64,000 bases of DNA from Orbicella franksi (taxonomy: Eukaryota): assembly GCA_964199315.1 (NCBI GenBank), contig OZ116700.1:15996001-16060000 (forward strand). The letters run 5' to 3'. Of the stretch, positions 47,681 to 61,200 are shown piece by piece. The notes under the pieces were generated by a model. The model was not told where the DNA came from. It made no database searches and was given only the letters and a program-made list of their open reading frames with translations. The stretch's first letter is position 1. Every line of letters starts with the position of its first letter. Position numbers and translations under genes: made by a program.

Positions 47681-48759
47681 ACCTTTACGAGTCTGATATC
47701 GACTGGATCTAAAGCTAGTGACATTGCGCGCGTATGTAAAACACAAATACGGTCACAGGTGTATATCACATTTTATATGATTATCCTTTAACCATAAGGT
47801 ATTTTTCTCGGAATTATGGTCGGCGGGGGGGGGGGGGGATGGGACAGAGATGGCACATGCTTTGGCTTAATATGAGCTACTATGGCTACTGAACTTTTCC
47901 ATGGACACCGGAGATTGTGGTGCACTTTTGACTTCAAATCGTTCTTAGTCGGAGGAATGAGTAAAAAAATCAGACCAACAACTTAAATACAAAAAAGAAA
48001 ATACAGTTCTCCACCTGCTATAGGCTTTCTCTTTAAAGCTTTCTTACCTGAAGCTGTTAGTACTATCAACAAACGGTTGCTTAGAATTTTTCTTTTGAAT
48101 TTTTTTTTTCTTTTGGAACGTATGCTCCATATGCTTTTTTTTGTCTGTTTGTTTGTTTCTTATCATTATTATTTCATTTCCAATCTCTTCTCCTTGCTGT
48201 GAGAATCAGTCTCCGGTTATTACTTACTGTAGCTCAAGACTAAATCATTGATCGAAGTCTCATTGTCGAAGTTAACCAAAGATCGGCACTACTCACTGGT
48301 CCCTAGCGGCGAGTTTGTCTTTTTCACCGGAATTTCAGCGGTTAGCTTCAGGATGGCCCTCGTAGCTGTTAGGCTAGACCATCCGCTTGGGCTAAACTGA
48401 CCAGCCGCTGTTCGGGAGAGGACCCCTCGTTTCTCCCCCCTCTTCTCAGGGAGGAACGAAGAGCCGCCTCGAGAGGGTGGCGGAAATGAACCAAAAACGA
48501 AACTTTGGTCTTCTTCTATTAGTTAGAACATGTAGTCATTCAGTGTGGCTAGTTTCACTATTTGTTTTGGTTGACGTTTGGAGAAACCTGTTTATACCAA
48601 TAGCCTAACCCAAGAGAAAATCAAGGTAATAGAGTTAATTCCCTGCCCAAACAATAAAATATAATTAAAAGGGCAGAGAAATAAACAGCCAAATGAACCC
48701 AGAGCATACGAACGTCCGAACACAACGCAATCGAATAAACAGATGGAAACGGCAGGCAA

Positions 48760-49077
48760 GGACGACAGCAACGCCATGAACAACGTCGACTAAAAAACTA
48801 CTTTATATTCAATTTACGAATCTCGCAAGCATGTAGAACCACTCTGTATATCACTGTCAGAGCTATCCCAAACTGAATATGAATGACAGCTTCAAACTTC
48901 GAAAAATAAATTTAAGAATTGGTCTTGGAAGTTCATGGTCTCTAGAATACGCAGAATGTGGTCCTTACACGTTGTTGCTTTGTGGAGAATAGGAAAGAAA
49001 TGTGTCAAGAATTATTACGCACGTGCACAGCCATTACACTCACGCCGTTGCCGTTGCAGTTGTTGTTTAAACTCCCT
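48760..49077. mobile_element. Diverged MITE of the same family as 50582-50914
   Basis: Shares GCACGTGCACAGC.ATT and the right end GCCGT..G..GT.GT..TTAA..TCCCTA. The left end is eroded. Confidence 0.5.
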
Positions 49078-49493
49078 AAAGCCGGATGAACGGCAGAGGA
49101 ATGAAAAGTCAAACGAACACGGAGCAAACGAAAGGCCAGCCGAACAAAAAATACGGCTGAGAGTGCAGAAAACATTTACGCTATTAAACTTCATTTCAAA
49201 ATCAAAACGAGCAAAAGTACTTGTCGCCACATTTCCCGCCATTTCTTCTCACAATAGTCTAGACAAATTTACCCCAAACCCTGTCAACCCCGGTAGTTGA
49301 TGCCCAACTCGCACTATGAGACTCGCCTGCAGGGAATCATGGTAGCTGTATTCATCAAAATAAATATCCAGTCCAAGATGATAAATAGAACTACTATGGT
49401 CACCTGCAGGCGCATCCCATCAAGGGGATTAGCCATTGGCTGCCTGGTTGTATTAGACCCTATGGTTATTCCAAGCATCAAATACTCTATTTA

Positions 49494-49883
49494 TAATGGT
49501 AATAGGACTGAGTGGAGTCCAATTCGGTCTGTAATCATACGAGTGATTAACAAAATCAGACGACCGCGGAGCGGGAGTCCGATTTGTTAATCACGAGTAT
49601 GATTACAGACTGAATTGGACGAACGATGTCCTGTTACCAATTAATCAAAACTATGACAAAATTCGAGAAACAAACAAACCATCGATTGATCGCTGAACGA
49701 TTAAACGTCGTTGTGAATGCTGAAAAACACAGCAGTTTACTCAACAAAGTGCACCACAACAGCACGCGGAAAATGACGCCTACTGTCCAATTACAAGCAT
49801 GACGCGTACACTGTCCAATTAATGCTCAAATCGGGCTGCTAATAGCCAATCACATTCGAGAATTTTGTTATAGTTTTGATTAA
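49494..49883 (+). mobile_element. Hairpin-plus-tail interspersed element
   Basis: About 41-bp inverted arms spanning 49517-49620 (GTCCAATTCGGTCTGTAATCATACGAGTGATTAACAAAATC and its reverse complement), followed by a non-palindromic tail. Confidence 0.6.
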
Positions 49884-50581
49884 ATTTGTAATTATCGCCA
49901 ATAACCTATGATATACATTGCAACTACGAGTACCAATAAAAGTTGTTGTTGTTACAACAAACATCAGTAAATTACTTTATTCAAGATAAGTTAAAGGTAT
50001 ATCTTGATCTTCTCTGGCTTTATGTAAGTGCTCTAACGTAACGACTTGTTTAAAAAGTACGGCAGAGCTTGCGTACCTTGTGGATTTGCACACATAGTTC
50101 TTAAAGCTGTTAACACCAGGTATGGCTCCTGTTAACACATAATTCTTTCTTACCATACCACATAATTCTTTCTTACTTGTTTACAAAATTTATGTTGCAA
50201 ATTTTTGCACGGTGTCTGTTTACTAGAACTACTGATCTAGACCTAGCAACCTAACTGTACCACTTCCACCACCATTGGACAAAGAACAACATCGAACCAG
50301 GGAGTAATTAATGACAAAACTTTTACAGGCTAAAATATGAATTGCAGTAGCTTCTGTATTGTTCTAAGAGGTGGAGGGAGGGGTTGCTGCCCTCGTGTGC
50401 AGATTTGGGGCTTCCTCTATAGCACCGAGCAACCTATTTGCAAGCGGTGCAAGCTGTTCAAAGAGGCTGTCATCTCTAGAGTAATAGTTAAATTCGGCTC
50501 CCTGGTACTTGACATTCAATTTAAGAGGACACGGATTTTTAAATTTGTAGCAATCCTATTAGAGCTCTTGTCAATATTATT

Positions 50582-50914
50582 AGGAAACTTAAGCAACGAC
50601 GACGCCGATGGTGAAGATGACGCCTAGTCAAAAAAGAAGTTATATTTTACCAGCGACATTCGCGATTGTCTAAATCTGTTCAGTACGCCAATGCCTTAAA
50701 AAACGTGCTCAGGCTAAATGTCCAATTGCGATTGCAAATACGAAAAATTAGCCGTCGTGTTCCTCAGACTACACAGAAATTGGTAATTTCAGACTACGGC
50801 TACGAAATGTACAAAGATTTATGACGCACGTGCACAGCTATTGTTTTGCTCATTAAACCTCTTGTTTGGTGACGTTTTCGTTGCCGTCGTAGTCGTGGTT
50901 TGCTTAAGTTCCCT
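50582..50914. mobile_element. MITE with AGG...CCT termini and 3-bp ATT TSD
   Basis: ATT|AGGAAACTTAAGCAA ... TTGCTTAAGTTCCCT|ATT. Confidence 0.75.
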
Positions 50915-51123
50915 ATTATCGCCAAGTTAACCTGGAGGTTGGAAGGGGAAAACTTAAAAGTAATTTACATTGTTTTGTATCCCGATGGAATGTTAAGTTA
51001 CCCTCGGCTCAAAATATTAATATTGAGCGAACTTAAACCCACTGTATAGAAGGGGAAAAGGTAATGTGAATGCACATTATCCCTTTCAAGACAAGCGGTG
51101 CATTCGCTTATAATGTCCGTTCA

Positions 51124-51157
51124 TAATAATGATGATGATGATGATGATGACGACGAT
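51124..51157. repeat. (GAT)n microsatellite, possibly the tail of a minus-strand retroposon
   Basis: Read directly; followed by AACTTTATT (AATAAAGTT on the minus strand). Confidence 0.8.
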
Positions 51158-51455
51158 AACTTTATTAATGTGTCGAGATGTTTAGCCGAGGGATAACCCT
51201 CTACTAAAAGAGGACACCTACCTAAAAAGAAATTACAAAATCTAAGAATAGTCAGGATTCCAAGGACTCCAATTCGTACTTGCGAATGACCAAAAGTGCT
51301 TTGAAGTTCAAAGGATGGATAATGTTACTTACTGGAAAAAATCATTATATTGTAAATAACTATTGACAAAAAAACTACGTTATCCAATGCATAGTGGTTT
51401 ATTTGGCGGGCTTACTGGATAAGAGGTCAGAAAAGGGCTAAATAGAGGCTTGATG

Positions 51456-52250
51456 CTACTATGATAACATTTTTGCCCTTGAATGTTTAGATGTATCGCA
51501 TAGAATTCCACCACGGATAAAAACGGCGTTTACCGTTTCTAAAAATCTACTTTAATTCCGGAGTTATTTGAGTTTTAACAATTTGTAAAATATGCAAACG
51601 AGAGGAGTGATGACGCCATACACTCAGCTCATTATCACATCAAGCTATCTCGGTCAATTTGCAGCAAAGACCATTGAAACTTGGTAGGCTAATACTTCTG
51701 AAGGAAATACACCATCGGCTGTAAAAAAGTTATTTTCTCAAGGAAACTCACTCTTTTCCAGTTCCCTTCAATCGGGTTCCAACATTTTAGTAATTTTTAG
51801 CTCGAAAAACGTTAAAAAAAGCCCACAACTAGACCTAACATACTTATGTATTTGCTGGATAGGGCAAATGAGGAACAATTGGCAAATATGAAAATGGAAC
51901 CCCAAAGTTGGCCAGAAGACCCTTTTGATATTGGGGAGATCTGGAATCCAGTATGTTGCCATGGTAACAAAACACTTAAGCTTATATTGTGGGGTACATC
52001 TAATGATCTTACTGCAAAGAGACAAACAGTTCTGATACAAATTGGCTAAGATGTGTTTTCGTCTCATTTGATCAAAATTTAAGGCGTCATCATTTGGCTA
52101 ATTTGAATATTTTAAAACTTGAATATCTCTGGAATAAAAAGAGGAATTAGAAACAGTAAACAGCATTTCACTTCTCGTACAGAGAGCTTGTTTATATTTT
52201 AAACTGGGCTAGATAGGAAAGATGCGAATTTCATCATAGTTGTACTACCT
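51456..52250. mobile_element. Old non-autonomous DNA transposon remnant (probably Kolobok-type), ends eroded
   Basis: CTATGAT near the left end versus ATCATAG near the right end. The internal TTGCCATGGTAAC motif is also seen, as GTTACCATGGCAA, in the Kolobok 3' region at about 12172-12184. Confidence 0.4.
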
Positions 52251-55213
52251 ACTGCTTTTGTATGGGCCATAAGCACTTTAACGAGAAGAATGAGAAGAAG
52301 ACGTCATGTTGTTCTTGTCGTTATTCCAACACATTCCTTGCCTCGGCAACTCAAATTTCCCGTCCGATATATTTACATATTAAAAAATAGTAAAAAATAA
52401 TCATATTTGATAGTGTCTGAATGACGTCATACAAGTGTTATTGGATATGTTGGAGGACTAACATACCTTTAAATGATTCGATAGAGTAGCCACCTTACAT
52501 GTGTTCCCCTTTGAATGAGTGTTTTGTTAATGAATGCCCCTATTTCAATAGCTAATTGATATTACACTGTAAACCTTTTTCGGTACCGGTCTGCACTGAG
52601 AAGGAGTAGTCCGTCCTCCAACGTGGCGGATGTAAAGTTCGTAGACAACATTGTTCCGTTGTGGATGGCTACGCAGAAAAAGTTGTTTTCGACTATTTAG
52701 AATGCTTCATGAATCACTTACGGATATTTGAGGCAACTGCTTATCGTCTCTTGGCCTTCGTGTATTGGATTTTTACAGTGGCCGCAAAAGGGAAACTCAC
52801 GCTGATAACATCTGCAATAAATAAGCAGCAACGTTAGATCCTGCTCTCCTTGGCTGCAAATTTGCGCTAAACCCAGTTACCGCTATACAGGATGACACAA
52901 ATAATGCAACAAATCGAGTACTCGTCTGTGATCTATAAAAGAATGGCCATAAAATAACCCCAGCTAGTTTATTCTCCTTCAAACAGACGAATGAAAAGAG
53001 ATGGGATTCCTGTTTATTCCTTGGGGAAACTTGAAATAGATTCTGTACCTCGTGGAAGAGGCAAAAGAACACTGACGGCCCTAAAATGCACCTATTCAGG
53101 ATGCCCACCTTGTTTGTAGAAACGTGTAGTACACTAAAGCTCTTATCAAGTTATCAATGGATAACGAGTGTGAATATCTTTCATTCCCGATAAATGATTG
53201 TTGCCGAGATTCAACTGAACGACATAAACAGATAGTAAAGGTCGTGGAGGGCATTATTTAGAGCAAAGAGAGCCTCCCACAGTTTAATATGCCTACCTTA
53301 GGCAATAAGGCTTCCAGGATCCTTCGCTACCTCAAAGTTTTACGCCACACTTTATGCACGAAGAAACGCTTCCCATGTTGGCAAACTGATGTATCTCAAA
53401 ATTGCGGTGGATTACCATCCAGAAAAAGCTCCAAGGAAGCTTCGTTTGACTAGGGGATTTCATTGAAACCTTAGATTATAACCTAATCAAAGGACTCTGT
53501 AGAATATTTGACCGTTTTGCATTGCGCACCTCCTTTCTTACAGTGATAGCGTCACGGTGTTGTTCTTTAATGGCATAGTGTTACTGGTAAAATAAACTTA
53601 AATTTCTTTCACATGCGGCGAAATATATAACATAGGCACGCAAGGCGTGCAAGAGTTACTTTTTTTTTTGTGACTTAAAAGCCCTGGAGGTAGCAGTACT
53701 CGGTGGACACTTAACAGTTATGATAAGGGTAACTCGTTCACGTATACTGGTCCCGGATTCCATTCAGTGGCATTATATAGAGTTTAATGTTTTTGTACAA
53801 CCTTTTATGATTGTTGTCCCTAAATATTTCACAACGATTCTTCAAAACAACTCTTTTCCTTCTTTTTCTCCCTTTTAGCTGATATTCCAACGAAATGCTT
53901 AATAAAACAGACATGCTCTTTTCGAATACTACTTTGTCTGAACTTGTAAAGTATAGACGACCTTGGAACAGCCCCAGTACTCTGTCAAATAAGCATCTTA
54001 TCTTTCCATTTTTCTGTATAGCGATCTTAAGTTTGGAACAGATTCTTGAAGGTTGTCGACATTTAAGCTTACGTCTTTCAGTCATCCCTTTGCATCATCC
54101 GTTACACACGAAAATACAATATTTCGATCATACACCTTTTAACTCATTTGCAAAGCATCTTGTTCACTCTAAATAATTATTGTAATCGATCGAAGACATG
54201 AGCTTAAAATCCCTAGCATTTGCACACAATCCTTCACTTGTGTCACATTTAGGAAAGACTGCTCTTTCTCTAAATTTCAATAACCTAACGCTTCGAATCT
54301 TTGTTGATACCTCTTTGCACACATACTCAGTTTGAACAACAGCATCTGCAACTTTACCAATATCCACGTCTCTCTGCCATCCTCTTTCTTTCATGCGACT
54401 ACCATAGCAAACATCTTGTATGACAGCACACTTACCATACGAAATATTCCCAACCAACCTCGAGATAACGTATACGTAGGCCATGACGAGATTTCCTACC
54501 ATTTCTGCAGTAGTTTGTAATAACCACAGAAGTAACTTCATGATAACACAGATGAGTACTTTCTACAATTTTCACTTCGGTCAGCAAAATTAGCCCGTCC
54601 AAAACGAAAGCTCGAATCACAATTTAGTGTTGGGCATTTTGCCGACAACGTGTGCGTTGTAAGCAGCTGAGCGTCACACAAACTACTTTTCATATGTAAT
54701 TCTCCCTCGATATAACAATGTAAAATGTAAAATCTCCAGATTAATATAGATAACATCCCATTTTCTAAGAGGCAATTTGATTCGTTATTTGATACAACCC
54801 ACACTGCGATCGGTGTGACGCGCACAGGCTTGACTCCCTCACTCACTGACCACATAGCCCTTCCAGCCCCAAAGAGGAATTTGTGCATAGAAATACTTAA
54901 GTTAAGAGAAAATTTTCCTCATTTTATACGAGTCATAAGTTTACCTCTTATAGAACGCAACAACACTACTTCGCCAAAAATAGCAAGAAAGAGAAATAAC
55001 CTCTCTGGCACTTTAAGTCTGATTAAATCTGATTTGGCGCCACGTAGTCTTCAAAGAACATTTGAACAGTCTTCATACTTTTTCATCTTTAAAGAAAAGA
55101 TCTCGGACTGAAACGAATGTCATAAAATGCCCATGAATTAAAAATATTATACTGCTGCTGTAGAAACACAAAAACTGTCCAAAGATGTTAGCTTCTTTTT
55201 TGTTTAATATCCT

Positions 55214-55440
55214 GGAAACAAGAGGCGATAAATTGTCAGCTCTAATTGATTTTACTCCCATGTAAAAAACAAAAGTGTTAAGTTACCATTTGTAACTAAA
55301 AATAGTAACATCTCGTTTTGTTTGTTCAAACATTTCATGGGAACAAGTCGTGACGATTCGTCAGCTCTAATTGAATTTACTCCTTGTGAAAAACAAAAGT
55401 ATCAAGTTACCCTTTGTAACTAAAAATAAAAATATCTCGT
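55214..55440. repeat. Diverged direct repeat, about 125-bp period, 2 copies
   Basis: GTCAGCTCTAATTGA..TTACTCC...TTTGTAACTAAAAATA at 55235 and 55360. Confidence 0.85.
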
Positions 55441-56486
55441 GTCATTTGCATACGACTAACTCATGAACTGCTTCAAAAGTGAAAACTCATCTCGTTCATA
55501 TATAACTAGCCACCATTACACTGAAAAACGCACTATAAAACAACCCAATGTATGTATGTAACTGTCACCCTCCCCTCCAAACCGGACTAAAAATCAGAAA
55601 CCGGCAAAATACACATCAGTCTTTATTTTTCAATTACCAAAGTCCTTGTGTTTAATACAATAAAACGCTCAAGATTTCATATACAGTGTACCTCACGATA
55701 GTTATCTTGAACAAAAACAATTTTCTTTTTCTTCTACTACAATTCGTGCTGGCGAAAACCGAAAACCCTGATAACATTGAAGAGAAACGATTTAGTTTCA
55801 TTTAAAATGTATCTTCTCATTCCAGTAGAAAACAATAACCATCATAATTGTAAAATCGTCACAGAATAATATCTTTTTGCTCTGTAAACCAAATTAATCT
55901 TAGTCTCTTCCCTTTTCACATTGAAACTCATCAATGGATGCTGAAATTAACGACAGGCCCGGAACACTCATTACGAACTCTGCAGCAATATTTAGGTTTC
56001 AATACAACACGCAAACGATTTGAACCTTGTCGCAACCTCTTCACATTCCCAGTAGTGCATTCCGCCCCCCTAAAATACAATTGTTCCCATCACAGAAACC
56101 ACATCAACTTTTTTTTCATTCACATCTTAAACCTAGTACTAGAGCGGCTAAGACTCATTTAATTCAAAACCTTATCTAATGGGAAAAGCTCAGCGTTCAT
56201 CGCATGCTCCGGCGCAGTTATATGCCAAACACTATGTTTCTTTGACTGAATATCCAGTTGCAAATGATTATCAAACCCGCCCACAAATCTTCAGCCCAAC
56301 CCACAGAAGATGTCAAAGTAAGCCCAATTTAAGAATACTTCCTCCTCTTTTATAGAAGAATACATATGGCCGTTCTGAACGGTACCGGGATCAAATCTTC
56401 TCACATACCATTTACTTTTACAGCAAGAAATTTGATTGGCTGTTTATAGTAGATCCAATCTGATTGATGTGACATACATACATCTC

Positions 56487-56543
56487 TCACTCACTTCACT
56501 CACTCAGTCACTCAGTCACTCACTCACTCACTCACTCACTCAC
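56487..56543. repeat. (CACT)n microsatellite
   Basis: Read directly. Confidence 0.95.
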
Positions 56544-56554
56544 CCATTGACCCG

Positions 56555-57993
56555 TCCATAACATACCCGACGCGCCGACGAAGAGGTTTTTTTTTTTTCC
56601 AAAAAAATAACCCCAAAATAGCACAAAATATGATACTTTTTGCTGAATAGAACATCAGCAACTGATTACAGATACATTTTTCTAGCTACAGGTCCAAAAA
56701 CACTAGGAGCCAGGTGGGTCAGTTACGAAAATTGGGCAGAGCGAGACCAGATAGAATTTTGATGGGGGGTCGGGTGAAGAGATAATTCCGAGAATAAGAG
56801 TGAGTATTACAGTGTAATTCTAAACCGCATAACTGTTCTTCGCAGAGTGTTTGGAAAGAATCAAACTTAAGGTCAATCCTCACATTTGCATTGCGCATCG
56901 TCACTGCGCATAATTTATGGCGTTATTAGCCCGCGCTCGTGCACGCGCATATTGAAAACTTGACGGATTTGCCTTGATATTGAGCTCTGTTAGTTGAAAA
57001 ATGGCTCTAGTTCCCCAACGAGCATGGGCACACCAATTTTTTTTCCAGTCGTTGTAATCAACTAATCATAAGCTTTGCGTGAGAAAAGACTGATCTAATT
57101 TCTATTGCTGAAAATTGAATAAATAAGAAAAATAGCAAATACACTGTGGTCTTTTCTATTTTTCAGTCGGTAACCACGTCAAGAAATTTGGTTCAAATTT
57201 TTAATCAAAGATTTAGCTTTCTGTCTGAATCAAACTTACACGTTTATTTGTGGTCCGACACAATGTATTGACTGTGGTTTAATGCGTGTTCTTATGAGTC
57301 CGGGCTTACAAAGATGTTACAATTACTGGGACTGCGTTCTTATAATAAGCATTAAATAATGCAAAAATGGGGCATTTTCAATGCCTCACTGCTCCTTAAT
57401 GAGCATGGGCACCCCCCTTTTTTATTTCAAAATTGAAGTTATCATATGACAAATATTCAGTGGACAAAGTTTGAACAAAAATCTATTGTCACTTTTATTT
57501 CAGAGGAATTACCTTAAACTTCACTGTAAACTCAAAACCCAGGGCAAATGAATTTAAAACAACACCACTTATTTCTGTATCACTGTTTGGATCACCTCCA
57601 TAACATACCCGACGCGCCGACGAAGAGGTTTTTTTTTTTTCCAAAAAAATAACCCAAAAATAGCACAAAATATGATACTTTTTGCTGAATAGAACATCAG
57701 CAACTGATTACAGATACATTTTTCTAGCTACAGGTCCAAAAACACGAGGAGCCAGGTGGGTCGGTTAGGAAAATTGGGCAGAGCGAGACCAGATAGAATT
57801 TTGATGGGGGGTCGGGTGAAGAGATAATTCCGAGAATAAGAGTGAGTATTACAGTATAATTCTAAACCGCATAACTGTTCTTCGCAGAGTGTTTGGAAAG
57901 AATCAAACTTAAACTTCACTGTAAACTCAAAACCCAGGGCAAATGAATTTGAAACAACACCACTTATTTCTGTATCACTGTTTGGATCACCTC
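56555..57993. repeat. Tandem duplication of a ~396-bp unit (56555-57596 including an insertion; 57597-57993)
   Basis: Both copies start TCCATAACATACCCGACGCGCCG and end TGGATCACCTC. They differ by about 5 substitutions and a poly-T length change. Confidence 0.95.
56871..57513. mobile_element. 643-bp non-autonomous TTAA-specific (Kolobok-type) element
   Basis: TTAA|GGTCAATCCTC ... GAGGAATTACC|TTAA. The empty site AATCAAAC-TTAA-ACTTCACTG is present in the adjacent duplicate. Confidence 0.9.
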
Positions 57994-58236
57994 AATGCCG
58001 AGTGACAACATTTTAGTGCATTTAAGGTTTGTTACGAGTCAGGTGTGTTTTTAGCCTCGATGCAAATGTTCTTCTTGCGTCAGGCGCATGCGTAAGATAT
58101 TTTGAACATGACACTGTTTCTAAATTTAAGAGTTATATCATTGAACTACCCTCTAACATAAAACGGAGTCGAAGACACACCTGAGAAATACAGCTCCGTT
58201 GAAAGTAGCGTGTTTAACTTTAAAGCGGAATCCGAC

Positions 58237-61200
58237 ATGGGCAATTATTGCAGTGTATGTGAAGAAAAAGTGGCGAGCGGAAAATACTGCGACAGGTTTG
58301 TACATTGACAGTTCTTCCTTCCTTGAAACCGCTAGACTTGTCTTGCCGATGTCATTTCCTCCGCAGGTATAATTTTCAGGACAAAAGAAACCTCCAAACT
58401 AACCAATACACGGATTTAACTAAGTTGAAGGTAGAAAACTGCCCGTTTTGCTGACAGCTCAACGAAGAAGCTTTCTATAAAACACTCCCTTCATGGATCA
58501 CTGATCATGCAGACCCAAGATCCTGCAATTTCAATGTGGCACATAGCGGCCATGTTGTCTTCTTGAAACTGAGTCTTTTTTGTTGTCTAGGTCTCTTAGG
58601 CCAACAATCTGCCGTAGGCTTGAATTCTATTTCAAGTAAATGGTCCCTTTTACAGTTTGAGGTCTAGGAACTGCTATGTTTTCCTGACGTCGAACTTTGT
58701 TCCATTGAAAATACGCACTAGCAGGAGGTAGTCTGTTTCTGTATTGTTTATCGAGGCGACAAAAAAATGTTTTAGACTTATCATCCTTGCCCTAAAGCGA
58801 CAGAGAAAAAGAGAACAACTACTCCAGATCACTACAACTACAGATTCAAGTTTTGCGGCAGTATCCTACAGGGCTGTATAGAACTATGGCTGATCGAGTT
58901 GAAAATTTGGAAGTGTTTTCAGATCACTCAATCGTATCAATCGTAGACATATCCCTGCAAGGGTTCGAGAGAAGGAACCGTAACGTATGAGTCCTAACAG
59001 AGACAAGTTTCCAGTGGCCAGATATTATATAAATCGCTTGCATCTGCTTTGCAAGTTACACGACGGTTAATTCTGATTTGAAATGATTTACGCTGGTCAG
59101 AAAAAGATTGTAGTCTTGCTAATTTTTTCTGTGTAAACAAAACTAGTAGCTGACGCAATTCTCGGAAATGTTGCGAAACTGGGAATACGAAAGTCCTTCT
59201 AGAAGACTAAAATAGGAATGGTTCTTGTGAAAAATTTTGCAATTGGTTGGTTTTGTTGCCAGGAGCAAGATTTGCACCGAATGATATGTTTTCAATTCTA
59301 AACCAAAACGTTTCGACTAGTCCGAACGTATCAAAAGAGAGTCGAGGGAAGGTCAGGATCACTAGATCCTTTCAAATTCTGTGAAAATGTAAGACCGTCG
59401 TTTCCACACTTTGTGTCACAAGACTTCGTTTAGAGTCTCTGTCATGATAACAAAAATAAAACCTCATCTCGATCTAAGAGAAATTTTACAGATAAATAGC
59501 GGTAACTGTATCTAAACAGTTCTTACGGTATGTTGCATTTGATGGTATAAAAAAGATAATTTGTCTGCCGCGTAACGGCTGTCGTCAGTCACGAGCTTTT
59601 CTCAAATATTCCCCAAAGTTTTAAAGGAAACAGACCTCCTTAACCTCTATTTAACTTCATCGATGCAATTTTCTGCCCCAAACTCAAAAACCTGGGCATT
59701 ATTTGGCACTCGGCGAAGCAAAATTTCTTATAACGAAGACAAAGGCAAAGGGTACAATTTCTGGGAAAAGTGGTCATAGAGAGACGAGATGGCAAACATG
59801 CCAAAGATTACTGTATAACCTAAGTCGCATGGCATCTTCGAATCTTCGTGGAGTGTCTAGAAAGAATTAACTTCTAGGCACACATAAATTAGAACCAAAT
59901 TTGTCAAAACTTCTCTGCTAACTACCCCTGGGTCTGTGAGAATCACAGTTAGAGTCATAGAAAATTAAAGTGACATTGCATAAATCCTTGATCTTCGTTA
60001 TCAAACTTTGCGAATCCGATCTTAGCCGTTTAAAAATGAGGAAAATTTCCTATTATTTTGAGGAATAAAAAGATGCTTTGATGTAGAAAGGGATCAGAGT
60101 ATCTATTCTCTCACGAATCAATCATTAGGAAGAAAGACTGAAATGATGGCTGTTAAAGTTTGTGAACTGCAAATAAACAGAATATTTCCTTATAAAAACA
60201 GCATTAAACAGTCGAAAAAGTTCTGGCATATTCACATTCAGCGTTGATCGATCTTTTAAAAAAATTCAGTTACATTTTTCAGGTGTTATAAGCGAAAGTA
60301 CCCTTCCTGTGGCGGCTGTGGACGGCCCTTGCAAGATAATGAGGAGAGAGTTTGTGGCTATCACAAGTTTCCGTAAGTCAATTTGCATCCTCTTAGATTA
60401 CTCGGAAAAATCTAGTGTTCTATTTTTCGACATTTTACTGTCGGTGTTGTAACCTGTTATCTCGGTATTGAAGAAATATAGCATGTGTCCTTTCCAAGCA
60501 AGGTTAATGATTAAGCAGTCCAACTAAATTGTCGAAACTAAGTTACGTTCAAGGTATATATATTATTTGACTGCAATGAATGGTCGCTAAAAGAGTGTAC
60601 AATTTGGACAAAATACCTGCATGAATACCAGGTTCCTAATATTATTAGCAAAAGCTTAATGCTGGACAATTTCATTTGATCCAAATTGGGTAACTTTCTT
60701 TACTCATTTTAACCTGTCAAGTATCGTAATGGAATTTTTTTGTAGTCTGCGGTTGAAACAATTTCCGCTTCTTTAAAAAGCCCTTGTTTGAAGCAACTTA
60801 TGTGAGGGTCTTGGTGTCTCGGTGGGGTTTGAACGAATAGGTGAGAATTTGTAAATATTAAAAGTTAAAAACCTGCAGTGTTTTTGAACTGATAGCTGAC
60901 ATCTGAGAAATGGGCAGAGAAATGAGCAGAACGCTTAATTTATAGCTGAGAAATCTGCCAAAATTAAACTGATATCGAGACCCTCGCTCCCTCATTCGAA
61001 CCGATGACACTGACTGTATGAACTGTATAGGTAAAAGAAAAATATATTCCACGCTTTTTATTAATTGCCAGCGTTTAATCGTTTTTTGTCTTTTTTGTTT
61101 CAATTTCAGATGCTACAGCCAATCGTCCGGGCAGTGCTGCCAATGTAATGCTCCAATCGACTGTAGCTTGAAAGGAGCATACTGCAGGAAGTATGCAAAA

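Noticed and set aside
52590-54562. Candidate minus-strand exons (about 54562-54436, 52925-52795, 52670-52590) with good splice signals
   Set aside because: I could not join them into a convincing, recognisable protein; needs RNA-seq.
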